Source: Candidatus Daviesbacteria bacterium
GTDB taxonomy: Bacteria > Patescibacteriota > Microgenomatia > Daviesbacterales > UBA10151
Length of the DNA: 64,000 nucleotides
Assembly (NCBI GenBank): GCA_016187035.1
Contig: JACPKL010000005.1
Coordinates: 135,150 to 199,149, forward strand
Reading direction: 5' to 3'
Positions 47,122 to 56,800 of the stretch are shown one piece after another. The translations under genes were made by a program, and so were the position numbers. Position 1 is the first letter of the stretch, and every line of letters starts with the position of its first letter. The notes beneath the pieces were generated by a model, which was given only the letters and a program-made list of their open reading frames with translations, was not told where the DNA came from and did no database searches.

Positions 47122-48095
47122 ATAAAAAATTTTTAGTTACAGGTGGCACAGGTTTTATTGGTAGCGCTATTGTTAAATCCTTGATCAAAACAGGTTACTT
47201 TGTCAAAGTTTTAGATAATCAATCCAGAGGATCAAATAGGAGATTAAAAGAAGTTGAAGGAAGGTTTGAAATGATCAAGGGAGATATTAGAAATATGAAT
47301 ACAGTACAAAGAGCTTGTAAGGGAATAGATAGTGTGATTCATCTTGCCTATATTAATGGGACAGAGTTTTTCTACACAAAACCAGAATTGGTTTTAGAGG
47401 TGGGGGTTAAAGGAATGATGAATGTTCTGGATGCTTGTATTAGCAACAATATTGAAGAAATCCTTCTTGCATCCAGTTCGGAAGTTTACCAAACACCAGC
47501 AGTAATACCGACTTCTGAAACAGTTCCGCTAACAGTTCCTGACCCACTGAATTCCAGATACTCTTATGGAGGAGGAAAAATCATTTCTGAGCTTTTAACA
47601 ATAAATTATGGTAGAAAGTATTTTAGAAAGGCAATTATTTTTAGACCACATAATGTATATGGTTCTGATATGGGGTGGGAGCATGTAATACCACAGTTAA
47701 CTCTTAGAGTTAGAAAATTAGTTAAAGATAGTAAAGTTATTAATTTACCTATTCAGGGAACCGGAAAAGAGACCAGAGCATTTATTTATATTGATGATTT
47801 TGTGACAGGATTTAATAAAATTTTACAAAAAGGAAAGCATCTTGAGATATATAATATTGGAGTAATGGAAGAAACCTCCATTCAAGAATTAATTTTGGAA
47901 ATTGGGAAAATTTATGGTATAAAAATCAAAATTGTTCCTGGCAAATTAACTCCCGGAAGTACTCAAAGAAGATGTCCTGATATTTCTAAATTAAAGAAAT
48001 TGGGTTTTAAACCAAAATTTGATTTAGTGATGGGTTTACAAGAAACAATCCAATGGTATAATGACTTCGCCCATTTACAATTTAAAAATGACTAA
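47118..48095 (+). CDS. NAD-dependent nucleotide-sugar epimerase/dehydratase
   Basis: FLVTGGTGFIGSAIV, ASSSEVYQ and YSYGGGKIISE (YxxxK). The start overlaps the upstream stop (ATGA). Confidence 0.75.
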   Translation: MNKKFLVTGGTGFIGSAIVKSLIKTGYFVKVLDNQSRGSNRRLKEVEGRFEMIKGDIRNMNTVQRACKGIDSVIHLAYINGTEFFYTKPELVLEVGVKGMMNVLDACISNNIEEILLASSSEVYQTPAVIPTSETVPLTVPDPLNSRYSYGGGKIISELLTINYGRKYFRKAIIFRPHNVYGSDMGWEHVIPQLTLRVRKLVKDSKVINLPIQGTGKETRAFIYIDDFVTGFNKILQKGKHLEIYNIGVMEETSIQELILEIGKIYGIKIKIVPGKLTPGSTQRRCPDISKLKKLGFKPKFDLVMGLQETIQWYNDFAHLQFKND

Positions 48096-49353
48096 AGGAT
48101 TGAAATCTGTTTTTGGTACAGGAAACAGTTTAGTAATAGCAGAGTGTCAGATCTGTGGCAGCAGTAATTTAAAATCTATTTTATTCCTCGGGTATCTTCC
48201 CCCGGTTAATCAGTTGCATCCGATCGGCGCAAAACCTAAAGAGCAACCCAGTTATCCGGCCCAGCTTTTATATTGTTCTAAGTGTCATTTAGTACAACTG
48301 GGATTAGCAGTAGACCCTCAAATAATTTTTCCCAAGGAATATCCGTACACCAGCGGTACCACAAAAGTATTAAGAGATAATTTTGCCGATCTTGGGAAAG
48401 AAGTAAGAAAATTGATTGGTCTGAAGCCAGATGATCTAGTTGTTGATATCGGTAGCAATGACGGTACGCTACTTAGTAACTTTGTCCAACATGCTAAGGT
48501 TTTAGGAATTACCCCCGAGAATATTGGTAAATTGGCAATTGCTAAAGGTATTCCAACGGTACTTGATTATTTCAGAATCGAAGTAGTTGAACAAGTTAAA
48601 AAGGAGTATGGCAAAGCAAAAATTGTTACTGCGGCAAATGTTTTTGCCCATATAGAAAACGTTAACGAAGTGTTAGATAATATAATTTCACTTTTAAGAT
48701 CTGACGGTGTATTTATTTCAGAATCTCATTATCTTTACCCGCTGATTAAAACGGTTCAGTATGACACTATTTATCATGAGCATTTAAGATACTATTCTCT
48801 AATCAGTCTAAAGTATTTATTAAAAAGGCATGGTTTGGAAATTTTCCACATCAAGCAAATTCCTTCCCACGGGGGGTCAATCAGAGTATATGCAGCTAGG
48901 CTAGGTATCTATAAGAAAGACAAAAGTGTTTCCGAAATGCTACAAAAGGAAAAAGAGGCAGTAACCAATATAAGCAATTTACTAAAATTTAAAGATAAAG
49001 TTGTATTATCTAAATTAGGATTACAAAAGATTCTCCTTGATATAAAGAAAAAGAAAAAGAGAATCTTTGGAGTAAGTGCTCCTTCCAGAGCGAGTACTTT
49101 AATTAATTACTTAAGGTTGGATCAGGATATTTTAGATTGCGTGGTAGAAATAAAAGGCTCTTATAAGATTGGTAAATATATCCCAGGAACTTTAATTCCC
49201 ATTCTTGATGAGCAGGAATTATTTAATAAGCAGCCTGATTATGCCTTGCTTTTATCCTGGCATATTGCTGAAGAATTAATACCAAAATTAAAAAGTAAGG
49301 GATTTAAAGGAAAATTTATTATCCCATTGCCAAAGCCTAGAATTGTCAGATAA
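48088..49353 (+). CDS. NDP-hexose C-methyltransferase (TylC3-type), second paralog
   Basis: CQICGSSNL...LGYLPPVNQL...LLYCSKCHLVQL is a Cys4 site, followed by VVDIGSNDGTLL, YDTIYHEHLRYYSL and ALLLSWHIAEELIPKL. Roughly 45% identical by eye to the ORF at 23018. I prefer the ATG at 48088. Confidence 0.75.
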   Translation: MTKGLKSVFGTGNSLVIAECQICGSSNLKSILFLGYLPPVNQLHPIGAKPKEQPSYPAQLLYCSKCHLVQLGLAVDPQIIFPKEYPYTSGTTKVLRDNFADLGKEVRKLIGLKPDDLVVDIGSNDGTLLSNFVQHAKVLGITPENIGKLAIAKGIPTVLDYFRIEVVEQVKKEYGKAKIVTAANVFAHIENVNEVLDNIISLLRSDGVFISESHYLYPLIKTVQYDTIYHEHLRYYSLISLKYLLKRHGLEIFHIKQIPSHGGSIRVYAARLGIYKKDKSVSEMLQKEKEAVTNISNLLKFKDKVVLSKLGLQKILLDIKKKKKRIFGVSAPSRASTLINYLRLDQDILDCVVEIKGSYKIGKYIPGTLIPILDEQELFNKQPDYALLLSWHIAEELIPKLKSKGFKGKFIIPLPKPRIVR

Positions 49354-49354
49354 A

Positions 49355-51253
49355 TTACTTCAGGCCCAAGGTTGATTTCAGCTCATCAGTAATATTATAA
49401 AGATCTCTGTTAATAAATCTAAATGCATAAAAATTCTCCGTTTTGTAAAATATATTATCAAACTGTAGTCCTTTGACGCCATTTTCTTTAACCACAGCCT
49501 CTTTCAGTTTCTCCGGGCAGAATTTCCCACTACCTCCACATAAGAAATAACTTCGTATTAGCTTAGGAGTTTTTGTTGGCAGAATATGATTTTCTCTAAA
49601 CATAATCCAAAAGTTAAATCCGGCAAGTACGGTTGTTTCATTAAAGTAGCTGTTGTTGGGATCCTGAGATTCATCAAAGAAAAATACAGATGGTTCTGAC
49701 TCGGATAAATTCTCAATATACGATAAAAGTTTTCCCTTCATCCGTATATGTTCAGATGCCCTTGTTCCCGCAGAATCTAACTCATTTGCAAAATAATTAG
49801 AAATGGATTGATTATAAATTGTAAATAAAGGGAGAAGTAATAATAGAGGGATGAATGATATGGGTTTGAGGATTTTGATTGATCGTATTTTATCGTAAGC
49901 TAAAACAAAAGTTATTGCAAGAACAAGACTGATTCCTATAGCAGGAATAGTAAGATAGCGATGTATACCCATAAATACTAAGACTAAATCAGCAGGTAAC
50001 CAAGTTAAAAATATGAAAATGAATGCAAAGAGGGGACCCATAAATAAAGCCAAAGTAAGATTATTCCTTGTTTTACTATTAATCCATTCAAGCAGGAATG
50101 CGCATGCTAAAGATAAAACAAACATCCCGATCAAAGTAGGAGGTATTACAAAACCGGGATCAAAATACATTCTTAATCTGCCCCAAGCATCAACTAAATC
50201 AGGATTAATAGTTTCTCTACGGGTAGCTAGATAAAAAGAAGAAATTAGCAGTGGAATCAAAAATATAAAGGTTGTTATTATAAACCGACGGGGTTTCTTT
50301 GATAACAAGAGTCCAGCGAGTAAGGTAATGCTGCCAAATATAAATAAAGGTCCTTCAAGCAAAAAGCCCAAATAATCGATCAGACTATTTAGCTTAATCT
50401 CTCCAAAAGATATGGTATATTCTCTTGGCAAAAACATACTACCTAAGGCCGCAAAAGGTGTAAAGAGCAGATGCCAGTTACCTTCGGCAATTTTTTGGAA
50501 AAGCAAACGGCTCGTACCTAAAAAAAAATTCATCGAAATATTAAGGATAACGGGTTTTATTATTGTCAAAACAATTGCTGGAGAAAAAAGTAATAGCAGC
50601 CTTTTTAGTCCTAAAATTACAGAGCTTTTGGAAAATTTCTGAGTGAATATGTAAAAAAATTCTCCTACGATAACGAATATTGCCAATGGGTACATTCTTT
50701 CTGTTGCAAAAAGTAAAGCGAGGTAAAAGGAAACTATTGCAGATAGGATTAATCCCCAAGCTAATCTGTTTTTTTGAGCGAGATACCAATACAACCAGAT
50801 AAATATATTCATAAATGCGACTCCAAGATAATTTATGGTAGTCATAACTGTATAAAGAGCTGCTATAGAAGTAAAAGAAAAAGCATAGATTAGTGTTCCT
50901 ACTATGGCAATTAACTTTCTTTTGGTGATTATAAAAAAAATAGGAAAAACAGTTATTGTGGAGAGAAATTTTAAGACATAAGCAACTTGATTATATTTAT
51001 AATAATCTAAGCCAAAGAGAGAATGCTGAATACCTATAAAATAATATTGGGTAGTATATACTCCAGCTTTAGTAAAAAATTCTAAAAAACTTTCCAGCGA
51101 AAAAGGATTGTTTATATATTTATATTGAAGCAGACCTGCCCAATCAATATCTGCAAATCCATAGAGAAGATGCGGTTTTAAAATAAGGTATTGTAAAATT
51201 GCAACTGGGAGAAAAATGCTTAGGAAAAATAGTAAAACGGGTGAACGTCTCAT
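49355..51253 (-). CDS. PMT_2/ArnT-like GT-C polytopic membrane protein, NFYAF-tail family member 6
   Basis: 632 aa. ADIDWAGLLQY, LFGLDYYKYNQ, ATERMYPLA, LEWINSKTRNN, and the tail IFYKTENFYAFRFINRDLYNITDELKSTLG. The start overlaps the stop of the upstream GT2 (ATGA). Confidence 0.65.
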   Translation of the reverse strand: MRRSPVLLFFLSIFLPVAILQYLILKPHLLYGFADIDWAGLLQYKYINNPFSLESFLEFFTKAGVYTTQYYFIGIQHSLFGLDYYKYNQVAYVLKFLSTITVFPIFFIITKRKLIAIVGTLIYAFSFTSIAALYTVMTTINYLGVAFMNIFIWLYWYLAQKNRLAWGLILSAIVSFYLALLFATERMYPLAIFVIVGEFFYIFTQKFSKSSVILGLKRLLLLFSPAIVLTIIKPVILNISMNFFLGTSRLLFQKIAEGNWHLLFTPFAALGSMFLPREYTISFGEIKLNSLIDYLGFLLEGPLFIFGSITLLAGLLLSKKPRRFIITTFIFLIPLLISSFYLATRRETINPDLVDAWGRLRMYFDPGFVIPPTLIGMFVLSLACAFLLEWINSKTRNNLTLALFMGPLFAFIFIFLTWLPADLVLVFMGIHRYLTIPAIGISLVLAITFVLAYDKIRSIKILKPISFIPLLLLLPLFTIYNQSISNYFANELDSAGTRASEHIRMKGKLLSYIENLSESEPSVFFFDESQDPNNSYFNETTVLAGFNFWIMFRENHILPTKTPKLIRSYFLCGGSGKFCPEKLKEAVVKENGVKGLQFDNIFYKTENFYAFRFINRDLYNITDELKSTLGLK

Positions 51254-52200
51254 TTTTTATCTAGAAAACTATTCTTCACAATTTCTTCCACTATATAAAC
51301 CGGGCGGGCTTTAGTTTCTTCTACAATAACTTGAATGTATTTTCCAATAATACTAAGAGCCAAAAGTTGGATTCCTCCAAATAGAACAATTGAGAATATT
51401 ATCAACTTGGATACTTCAATTTTTTGCCCAAATAAAATGAATGAAAATAAATAAATAATTACGAATAAGAAAGAGAGGGTTACGATAAGCAGACCCGTAT
51501 ATACAATAATATCCAGCGGTAAATAAGAGAATCCGTAAAAGCTTTTCTCTGCATGATGGATATAACCTAATAAATTATAAGAGCTTTTTCCTCTTTGTCT
51601 AGGGCGGCGGTGATAATTCACATAAGTTGTTTTAAATCCTACCCAGGCTCTTAGACCTCTATTAAATCTATGTTTTTCCGGAAGCTTTTTAATAGCATTC
51701 ATGACCTTTTTATCTAATAAGGCAAAACTGCCTGCATCAACAGGAACTTCAATATTGGAAATACTTCTAAAGATTCTATAATACAATTTCCGGATTTTAG
51801 TCATTAAGAAAGTATCTGCTATTTTCGTCCTTATACCAACTACTACATCAAATCCCCTTTCCCATTCTTTAATAAAACTTAGGATTATATTTGCAGGATC
51901 TTGTAAATCTCCCTCAAAACATACATATGCATCTCCTTGCGCATAATCTAAAGAAGCTTGAATTGATGCCTCGTTACCAAAATTCCTGGATAAGAAGATA
52001 CCAGCAACACCTTTATCTTTTTTAGTGATCTTCCTTATCTCTTCCCTGGTATTATCAGTTGAGCCATTATCTACAAAAATGAAATCATAATTGTAGTTTT
52101 TATTTTTATTTGTAACCTCAACTAGCTCTTTGTAGGCAGGCGCCACATTTAGTTCTTCATTGAAGCAGATAACTCCAATTGAGATGAGTTTCTTTTTCAT
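51250..52200 (-). CDS. GT2 polyprenyl-phosphate glycosyltransferase, GtrB/ArnC/CsbB type (two C-terminal TM helices)
   Basis: ISIGVICFNEELNV, CFEGDLQDP, and a C-terminal LIIFSIVLFGGIQLLALSIIGKYIQVIVEETKARPVYIVEE, which is the family-typical ...GGiql..lGiiGeYi..i..e.k.RP.yiv.e. Confidence 0.85.
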   Translation of the reverse strand: MKKKLISIGVICFNEELNVAPAYKELVEVTNKNKNYNYDFIFVDNGSTDNTREEIRKITKKDKGVAGIFLSRNFGNEASIQASLDYAQGDAYVCFEGDLQDPANIILSFIKEWERGFDVVVGIRTKIADTFLMTKIRKLYYRIFRSISNIEVPVDAGSFALLDKKVMNAIKKLPEKHRFNRGLRAWVGFKTTYVNYHRRPRQRGKSSYNLLGYIHHAEKSFYGFSYLPLDIIVYTGLLIVTLSFLFVIIYLFSFILFGQKIEVSKLIIFSIVLFGGIQLLALSIIGKYIQVIVEETKARPVYIVEEIVKNSFLDKK

Positions 52201-52203
52201 AAA

Positions 52204-52944
52204 CTATTTTTTTCCTACTACAAGAAGGGATACCCCAATGGGCGGAGATAACCATTTTACAGACCAAACATCCAGATAAAAAATTAAAGTTTGAATTTTA
52301 TTGATAAATCGGTTGTATACTATTAACTCGGATCCCCAATCCTTTTCTTTAAACATAGGAAGTTTTTGTAATAGTCTAATAAGTAAGATAGGAGGAAACA
52401 TTAGATAATTAAAGTATTTAATGTCTCTAATAACAAATTGAGTATCCTTGACTTTTGTGGCAAGCATCTTTTTATCATATCGGCGGATATGGTGAGATTT
52501 AGTGTCAAGGTGACTCCATAATAGTTTGATTGCAGGAGTGAATAATATTAAATGTCCTCCCGGAGCAAGTACTCTGTATAACTCTTTCAAATACTCCTTA
52601 TCTTTTGTAACATGTTCTATAACGTCTAAAGACGTAATAATATCAAAGTAATTATCTTTAAAGGGGATTTTTAAGCCATTTTTTAAAAGACGTATTTTGC
52701 TGAAACCTCTTTTTTTGCAATATGCAACAGCTTTTCTTTCAGTGTCAACTCCGTATACTTTTCCAAACTTGCTTAAAAGGTACAAGTTATATCCTGTGCA
52801 GCATCCGGAATCTAATATTCTTAAAGGGGTTTTTTGAGGTAAGTCTTTTAGAATAGCTTCAAGCAATTTTCTCCTGCCTTTAAACCACCAATGATTGGCT
52901 TCATGTTTGTATAAAATGTCATATCTTCTGGATTCCATAAGCAA
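52204..52944 (-). CDS. Class I SAM-dependent methyltransferase
   Basis: ILDSGCCTGYNL is SAM motif I, followed by FDIITSLDVIEHV and GGHLILFTP. It is the first gene of a methyltransferase, GT2, GT-C minus-strand unit. Confidence 0.75.
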   Translation of the reverse strand: MLMESRRYDILYKHEANHWWFKGRRKLLEAILKDLPQKTPLRILDSGCCTGYNLYLLSKFGKVYGVDTERKAVAYCKKRGFSKIRLLKNGLKIPFKDNYFDIITSLDVIEHVTKDKEYLKELYRVLAPGGHLILFTPAIKLLWSHLDTKSHHIRRYDKKMLATKVKDTQFVIRDIKYFNYLMFPPILLIRLLQKLPMFKEKDWGSELIVYNRFINKIQTLIFYLDVWSVKWLSPPIGVSLLVVGKK

Positions 52945-53025
52945 ATTTTAGATGTCCATTATACTAGCATATTTATTGTACTATCGCTATGTTTGTTGTA
53001 TATTTTCTTCTATAAATAAATCATT

Positions 53026-53892
53026 ATGAAAAAGGTCTCGGTGATTATACCAACATATAATAGTTGGAATACTCTCAAAAGTTGTATTGCCTCAGTTCAA
53101 AATCAAATTTATAAAGCAAAAGAAATAATAGTAGTTAACAACGGATCTAGTGATGGAACTGCAGTAAAGGTCAAAAAAGAGTTTCCTAAAGTTAAACTAA
53201 TTAATTTAAATAAAAATACAGGTGTAACAGGAGGAAGAAATACAGGTATAAAGCATGCTAATTCCTATTCTGATTATTTATTCTTTTTTGATCATGATAT
53301 GGTAGCAGAAAGGAATATGCTTGCCGAGCTTGTGAAAGTTGCAGAATTAAGTAAAGAAATAGGAATTGTTACCCCAAAAATTTATTACTTCGGAAATAAA
53401 AAAAGAATTTGGTCAGCAGGAACAGGAATAAATCTATGGACGGGTCAGATTCTATTTAGAGGCGGAGAAGACGTTGGTCAATATGAGAAGGTGGAAGAGG
53501 TGCAGGTAGCACCTGCAGCACTTTTAGTAAAAAGAGAGTTGATAAAGAAATTAAAATGTTTTGACAATCATTATTTTGTCACGTATGAGGATACTGATTT
53601 TTGTTTCAGAGCGAGAGAGATAGGTTTTAAAACATTTTATGCGCCAAAGGCTTTAGCCTACCATAAAATATCATGGTATTCCAAAGATGATGTAGATAGA
53701 GTATTATCAAGAGCTTACTTTGTAGGGAGAAACAGATTGATCTTCATGAAAAAGTTTGGTAAAAATATTTTCATTTTTTCTGCGTTTTTACCGGTTTTCT
53801 GTGTTTATTATTTATACAAAGCTGCTAAAAATAAAAATCTGAATGGATGGTTTGAGTTTATGAAGGGAACATTTGACGGGTTTTTGGATTAA
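53026..53892 (+). CDS. GT2 glycosyltransferase (WbbL/rhamnosyltransferase-like), C-terminal TM helix
   Basis: VSVIIPTYNSWNTLKSCIASVQNQ, FFFDHDMV (DxD) and FVTYEDTDFCFRAREIGF. The C-terminus IFIFSAFLPVFCVYYLY is hydrophobic. Confidence 0.75.
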   Translation: MKKVSVIIPTYNSWNTLKSCIASVQNQIYKAKEIIVVNNGSSDGTAVKVKKEFPKVKLINLNKNTGVTGGRNTGIKHANSYSDYLFFFDHDMVAERNMLAELVKVAELSKEIGIVTPKIYYFGNKKRIWSAGTGINLWTGQILFRGGEDVGQYEKVEEVQVAPAALLVKRELIKKLKCFDNHYFVTYEDTDFCFRAREIGFKTFYAPKALAYHKISWYSKDDVDRVLSRAYFVGRNRLIFMKKFGKNIFIFSAFLPVFCVYYLYKAAKNKNLNGWFEFMKGTFDGFLD

Positions 53893-53899
53893 ATTTTTG

Positions 53900-56800
53900 A
53901 TGGGCCTTAGGTTAAAATACATACTACTACTTCTGTCTCTGCCTACATTATTAATCCTGATTTGGTTTCGGGATGGTAATCTGATGGCAACAGGAGAGTC
54001 GGGTATTCCCTTTTATGATCTTAGCATCCAACATAATATTAATAAGTCAGCTTGGGCTGCTTATACTTTAGGTCACCCAATCAATATCAGTGTTGCAGGT
54101 GCGCCTACTTATTATTTCTTATCTCTTATCCAGAGAGTTGGAATCCCTTCCCCTATTATTCAAGCTGCGTTTCTATGGTTTGTATTGGTTTGTTCTGGAT
54201 TTGGTATATACTTTTTAACAAAACAGGTCTTTCCGGAAATTCAGAAAAAGTACTTAATTTTCTCAGTACTTTTTTACTGGTTTAATCCTATCTCCTTGGT
54301 AAATGTATGGAACAGATTTCTAAATAATTTCTTATTTTTTTATGCTCTTCTACCAATCTCTCTTTTTCTATTTCTTAAGGGTATAAAAACAAAACAATAT
54401 AAATACGCCATTGTAATTAGTTTAGTTTCAACTGTATTCTCGTATGCATTTACCTCAATAGCATTTGACATGATTCTTTGGATAGTATTTATATACACAA
54501 CCTTTTTTTATTCAGTTGTAAGTAAAGAGAATAATAAATTCTTTGTATTTAAATTCTTCATACTCACTTTTGTTTACTGGTCTCTTGTAAACTTATGGTG
54601 GATCGGGCAAGTCTTAAGCTATATGGGACAAGGCAGTTTTACGTTAGTTTCTTCGAGCTCTTTTATTAGTACAGATAATTACTACACTTTTTATGTGCTT
54701 TCTCAAAGATTAGGTAAGCTTATAGACCTCCTAAGATTTAAGCATTCATCGTTTTTTGCAGATATTGAACTTATCAACTGGGTTAAAATATATCAATTTC
54801 CTTTAATAACTTTTTTTGAATTTCTATTTACTGGTATACTTTTATTTCCAATAGTTATCAAAAGAAAGCATCCAGAAGTGCTATTTTTAGGCCCCCTTTT
54901 TTTATTATCTATTTTTTTCACAAAAGGCAATAATCCTCCCTTTGGTGAAATTTTTAATCAGGCTTTTATAAGTTTTTCCTTTCTACAAGTTTTTAGAAAT
55001 CCTTTTGAAAAAATAGGGTTTATCTTACCTCTTTCTGCAGCTCCGCTTTTTTGTATGGGAGCTTTTTCGATAATTAGAAGATTAAATAAAAGATGGGGGA
55101 ACGTGATGTTTTTTTTAATTCTCTTTTGGCTGGTTATTATCTGGGGAGGACCTTTTTGGAGTGGACTTGTTTTTACAGGTGGGCCAATTCCAACAAACAA
55201 TTATAAAGTCGGTTACCATATAAAAGTACCTGATTATTATAAACAAGCCGCGGATTGGTTGGCTTCTCAAAGCAGAAATTTTAGATTAACGGTTCTTCCA
55301 ATTGGAGGTGAGGGTATTACGTATTCTTGGGTAAAAGGATACTCAGGGGTTGAACTATCAAATCAACTCTTACCAGTCACTTCAGTATCCTTTAGTACGA
55401 ATATTCCGTTTTATGAACAAGTCTCTATGAATCTAGAAAGGCTTTTTCTTACCAAGAATGAATTTCCAAAAGTTATGGATATATTAAATAGTAAGTATTT
55501 AGTGGTCAGATCTGATATAGATTGGAAAACTCGTAACATGAGGAATCCTCAAGTGATTGATAATAGAATTGAAGCTTTGAAACCTTCTCCTTATAAGTTT
55601 AATAATGTTAGGACGTTTGATAAGTTATCTTTTTGGGAATATTCAGACTGGGAGGATAGAACGATTTATCCTGCAAAGAGAATTGTTAAGGCAAGCGGCG
55701 CTTTAAAAATAGATGATATATTACAGTTAGATAAGGAGGATGTCCTTTATAGTAATGATAATAAGATTATAAGCCAGGATTTAGTTAAAGCAGAGATTAT
55801 TCATCCTTCGTATAAGTTTGAATTGGGCAGTAAGCGAACACATACTGATTTTAGCTTTACGGATGACCTGATCTTCCCAGCTGTAAAAGTTCTTCCCTCT
55901 CATAGGTTTTATTCACTTATACTACTTAAAGAGAGAATTGAAGATTTGTCGATTAGAAATAGAGAGGAACTTCTTGTAAGAAAAATATCTCTTTTAGGAA
56001 AAAGATTGATAGAAGCTGAAAAGGAGTTAGAAAGAGGCAATTTAAATGGAATGAAGATTTCTTTACTTGCTTATATTAAAAATCTACAAGAAGTTATTCC
56101 AAAGGTTCCAAACGTTGGTATAAAAATTAACAATCAATCAATAACCCAGGAGGAGCTATATATAGTCTTTAACAGACATGTTGAAAAGATTAGTAAATTT
56201 AAAAAGAATTTTCCGGAAAATGAAACAATAAAAGTAGCTGAAGAGACTTTAAAACATCTGCTAATCGAAAGAGGAATATCGCCTTATTTTGGATATCAAG
56301 ATAAACAAAGCTTTCCTATTAAAGGTAGAAAAGTTTATCAATTTTCCATAGATCATTCTGGAAATTACGAACTTCTTTTAGATGCAAAATCTTGGGATAA
56401 GTATTTTAGATTGTCTTGGAATGAGCCTTTATTGATTCAAATTGATGATAATATAGTTTATACAGATGCTGTTTTTAAAAATGACTATGTTTCTTTAGGA
56501 TCTTTTAATTTTAATAAAGGAAAACACGAGATTGCCTGGAACACCCCTAAAGAAATTAATCTAGTAGAAGTCCCGTCAGAGTTTACTCTTAATATCGGTC
56601 ACGGGGTAGCTGAGAAAACATTTGGAATAAATTCATTTGATCCCTATTCCTCTTATATTTTAAATTTTAATTATTTAATCAAAAAAGGTAGTGGTATAGA
56701 GGTAACCATAGAACAGAATAATGATAAATATAAAAAAGATAAAATAGATCCTAATTTTTTTAAGTATGCAGGACCAGATTTGTATAATTTTACAGATGTT

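Noticed and set aside
18523-53899. Longer N-terminal extensions given by the ORF track (18523, 20542, 21645, 29373 minus, 30182, 48061, 53873)
   Set aside because: The track extends to the most upstream start, often TTG. In each case an internal ATG sits right at or next to the upstream gene's stop, and it places the Rossmann or first TM motif at the normal distance from the N-terminus. I adjusted the starts accordingly.
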